A stretch of DNA of 63,996 nucleotides, counting the filler, from Elsinoe ampelina (Eukaryota), in NCBI GenBank assembly GCA_010093995.1. It is 4 parts of 4 records of this genome, joined end to end, with 100 filler letters (N's around TTAATTAATTAA, not from the genome) between each part and the next. Parts side by side here need not be neighbours in the genome. Positions count along the whole stretch, not along the records: positions 55,882 to 62,561 come from ML992583.1; positions 62,662 to 63,996 come from ML992648.1; 2 more parts are not named here. One strand, written 5' to 3'. Positions 61,291 to 63,996 of this stretch are shown here, one piece after another (positions within the stretch are counted from its first letter, which is position 1; every line of letters begins with the position of its first letter). A program made the position numbers and the translations under genes. The notes beneath the pieces were generated by a model. The model was not told the origin of the DNA. It saw nothing but the letters and a program-made list of their open reading frames with translations, and made no database searches.

Positions 61291-62210
61291 TGCCTCGGGA
61301 GCGTATGAGAGGTGATGGGAGACATTCGGGGTGACATGGGCGGACAGGCAGAATCATGAAGAAGCATGACACGGGCAGGTTGAGCTGTCATGAGGGAGGG
61401 ATATAGGTTGCATGAGGAGAGGTAATGTGTAGGGCATGGCATGGAGTGGGAGACATGGGCATGCGAGGCAGGGGTCACGGGGCAGGAGTGGACGATGAGC
61501 ACGTGGGAGAGGGAGAGATGCGGCATTCATGCAGAGCAGGGAGGGGAGAGGCCGGTCTGCTTTTGGGGCGAGAGGGCGGAGAGATGGACTGTACGGGCGA
61601 GCAGTAGTTGGTCGACACATGGAAAAGAGTGTGGGGAGGCAACAAGAGGCATGAGATGTGTTGGCATGTTCAGCGTGGTAGGAAATGCACCATCATGCAA
61701 GTCAATGCATGTGCAGGAGGGAGTTTTGTGACGAGCAGGAGCAAGGAAGCCGGTTCATTAGCGGAAGAACGCGTGGATATCCAGGTGTGGGACCGGTTTG
61801 TGCCAGGAGAAGCACAAAAGGGCCGAAGAAAGCACGATGCCAAAGCGAGGACACACAAGGCTCATAGGAGAAGCTCCAAGTGCTGTACCAGTGGCACGAG
61901 ACAGTCGAGGTGATTGCAAGTGGTAGCAGTCAACCAGCAGTGTCACGGGAGTATGTCTGACACTCTGCAAACATGTTGAAGTTGTAAATTCGAAATCTCA
62001 TCGCAAGGGTATCAAGTCCTCTCTCTATCATACAATCGAAACTAGATCACAATCATCAGTCATGCATCTGACCTATCCTCCGGCCCCTCACATAGTAAAG
62101 CCCGTACAATCCACCATCCCATTCCCTCTATCCCTTCTTCCAGTTTTCCATCCAATGTCCTTTTCCTTCCCTACCATGCTCCCTTCCTCCCTTCCTCCCT
62201 TCCCCCCTTC

Positions 62211-62284
62211 CATAATTCCTTCCTCCCTTTCCTTCCATATTGACATCCATAATTCCTTCCTCCCTTTCCTTCCATATTGACATC
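62211..62284. repeat. Perfect 37-bp tandem duplication abutting the stop codon of the partial gene
   Basis: CATAATTCCTTCCTCCCTTTCCTTCCATATTGACATC x2. Confidence 0.9.
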
Positions 62285-62561
62285 TACCTCCTAGGCCCAG
62301 TCGGTGCGCCCGGCGGCGGCGCCCCCATGCTCTGTCCCTGCCCTCCCTGTCCCGGCCCTTGAGGCGGCCCCTGTGGATGTCTAAACCCCATCGGTCCCTG
62401 ACCTGGCATCATCCCCATCCCCTGCCCCGGCCCCGGTCCTTGTTGCTGCTGCGGCCCTCCCTGTGGTCCAGCAGGCGGATACCCCTGCGCCGAACCCATG
62501 CTACCTCCACTTGCGCTTCTAGGTAGGTAGGGCTCGCGCTGCATCATCCTTATCTCCTCAT
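62284..62561 (-). CDS. 3' fragment of a gene with a Gly/Pro/Gln-rich tail ending PTGPRR, truncated by the gap
   Basis: Open frame from the contig edge to TAG at 62284-62286. Confidence 0.6.
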
Positions 62562-62661
62562 NNNNNNNNNNNNNNNNNNNNNNNNNNNNNNNNNNNNNNN
62601 NNNNNTTAATTAATTAANNNNNNNNNNNNNNNNNNNNNNNNNNNNNNNNNNNNNNNNNNNN
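62562..62661. other. Artificial contig linker
   Basis: N-run/TTAATTAATTAA/N-run. Confidence 0.97.
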
Positions 62662-63996
62662 CGAGCCACCCCGGGCTTGGCGGTACTCTTCACCGACTTC
62701 TGCTCACCAAAATTGGCTGGCTGGAGGTCCAGAGAGAATATAGAGTCGAATAGCTTGACAACGCTGTCTATTTGAATAAAATTAAAGCTGAAAAAAGGTG
62801 TAATAGACCAGTTAGTATATACTAACGTCACTAAATCATAGCTCGTAAGTGTCCTTCTTCTACGACTAACTATTACTCTAGCTATACGAAGAAACCTTTA
62901 AGAGTAGCATAGGAGGCAATTATAATATCCTCTACTCCTCCGTCGTCGCCGCTAGTCTCTTCTTCTTTAAGGCACTCCTTAAGCTTGTTAGAGGAGGTAC
63001 TAGATAACCTTCGTCGTAGTCTAACTATCTAGCTAAAGAGCTATATACTAGCGCCAGCGTAGGTAGCACCTTATCTAGAGGTTACATCCGCTGACCTAGC
63101 TCTTTAGAGGCTTATAGAGCAAGCTATAAACTAAGTTATACTACCTTTACAAGCTAGATCTTAGTAGCTGTCTCTTCGATTAAGGTTTCTAATACCTATA
63201 CTAGACTAGCTAAGGCAGTTAATTAAGTTAGATATAGCACCGGAGGAAGAGCTAGATATATAGGTAATAGAGGTGCTATAGTCGTCGTAAGTGCCGGAGT
63301 TACTAGAGACCGATTCTAGTATAGTAGATTAAGGTACTAGGGAGATAGCTATTAATAGTAATAGCTAGTAACATGCTCCACCTCTTACTACGCTACTTTA
63401 GCTAGATATCTATACACTCCTTACTAACGGGCGCCTACCTATACCTCCTCTACGCTATGCGCTTATTACAAGCCGACTCGTTAATATAAACGATTCTATC
63501 GACTAGCTAAAGCATACACCTTCGAGTCTAATTCGCTCTAAGTATTGTATCTCTTTTAGCTACTACCTTCTTAGCTACCTTTCGAGACTACTACTAGCGC
63601 TAGATCGTGTACTAGATTGTGCTTAAGTATACCTAGCGATTGTATACCTCCCTTAAGAAGGCTTAAACTTCGTTAAGATAAGCAGTAGAAATATTATTTA
63701 GGTAGGCTATTACCTCCTTAGATAGGTTAGTATAGAAAGAGCTTAGCTATAAAGGACTTACATCTTCTAAGAAAGGGGTAAGAGTATAAGGGCATAGTGT
63801 ATAAGCTTTAATAGGAGAATAAGAAGTGCTAAAGAACTTAAGGGATAGTTAAATTCGGCAGATTATAGCTCTAGCTACCTTAGTAGTGGCATAAATAGCA
63901 TAGTCGGTGTACCCTTTAGCAAGTAAGAACTATACGTCTACTAGTTTTAATTTGGCTATCTAATAATTAACTATAATAGTGACAACCTAATTAGAG
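62662..63996 (-). mobile_element. Heavily RIP-mutated Tc1/IS630-type (DDE_3) DNA transposon
   Basis: Extreme TpA excess. Mentally de-RIPped minus strand reads FLREVY..V.LSTI...SRKVAKK...IVYI(D)ESAC...RYG(W)APV...RWSML(P)AITI; terminal sequence resembles 28140-28282. Confidence 0.75.

Noticed and set aside
28140..62820. Related Tc1-like termini as the two ends of a composite transposon carrying the accessory genes
   Set aside because: Each element body points away from the interval, the ends are only partly similar, and two artificial gaps intervene.

Overview
Filamentous ascomycete genomic DNA: short GT-AG introns, RIP-mutated repeats, probably Dothideomycete-like (inference). The window is four pieces joined by 100-nt N/TTAATTAATTAA/N linkers, so adjacency across linkers is unproven. 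Piece 1 (1-27853): a RIP-degenerate LTR-retrotransposon end, conserved genes (Rup1-like UIM protein, CDC34, CBF5, AA13 LPMO, TYS1, PXA-PX nexin, CNS1), two 581-aa orphan paralogues with a third degenerate copy, and a GNAT. Piece 2 (27954-55781) looks accessory: a Tc1-like end, an apparently non-secreted RNase T1/ribotoxin-like gene head-to-head with a DUF3632-like gene, an MFS with an early nonsense codon, and a ~16 kb array of eight F-box-like genes (seven share a C-terminal Cys/His module) interrupted by a modular secreted protein, then PHO89. Piece 3: a second LTR copy, a peptidase S41 gene and G-rich minisatellite DNA. Piece 4: a RIP-destroyed Tc1/IS630 transposon. The best candidates for new biology are the F-box/Cys-knuckle array, the RNase-DUF3632 pair and the orphan paralogue trio. 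Exon coordinates were read by eye and family calls come from motif recognition, not searches.
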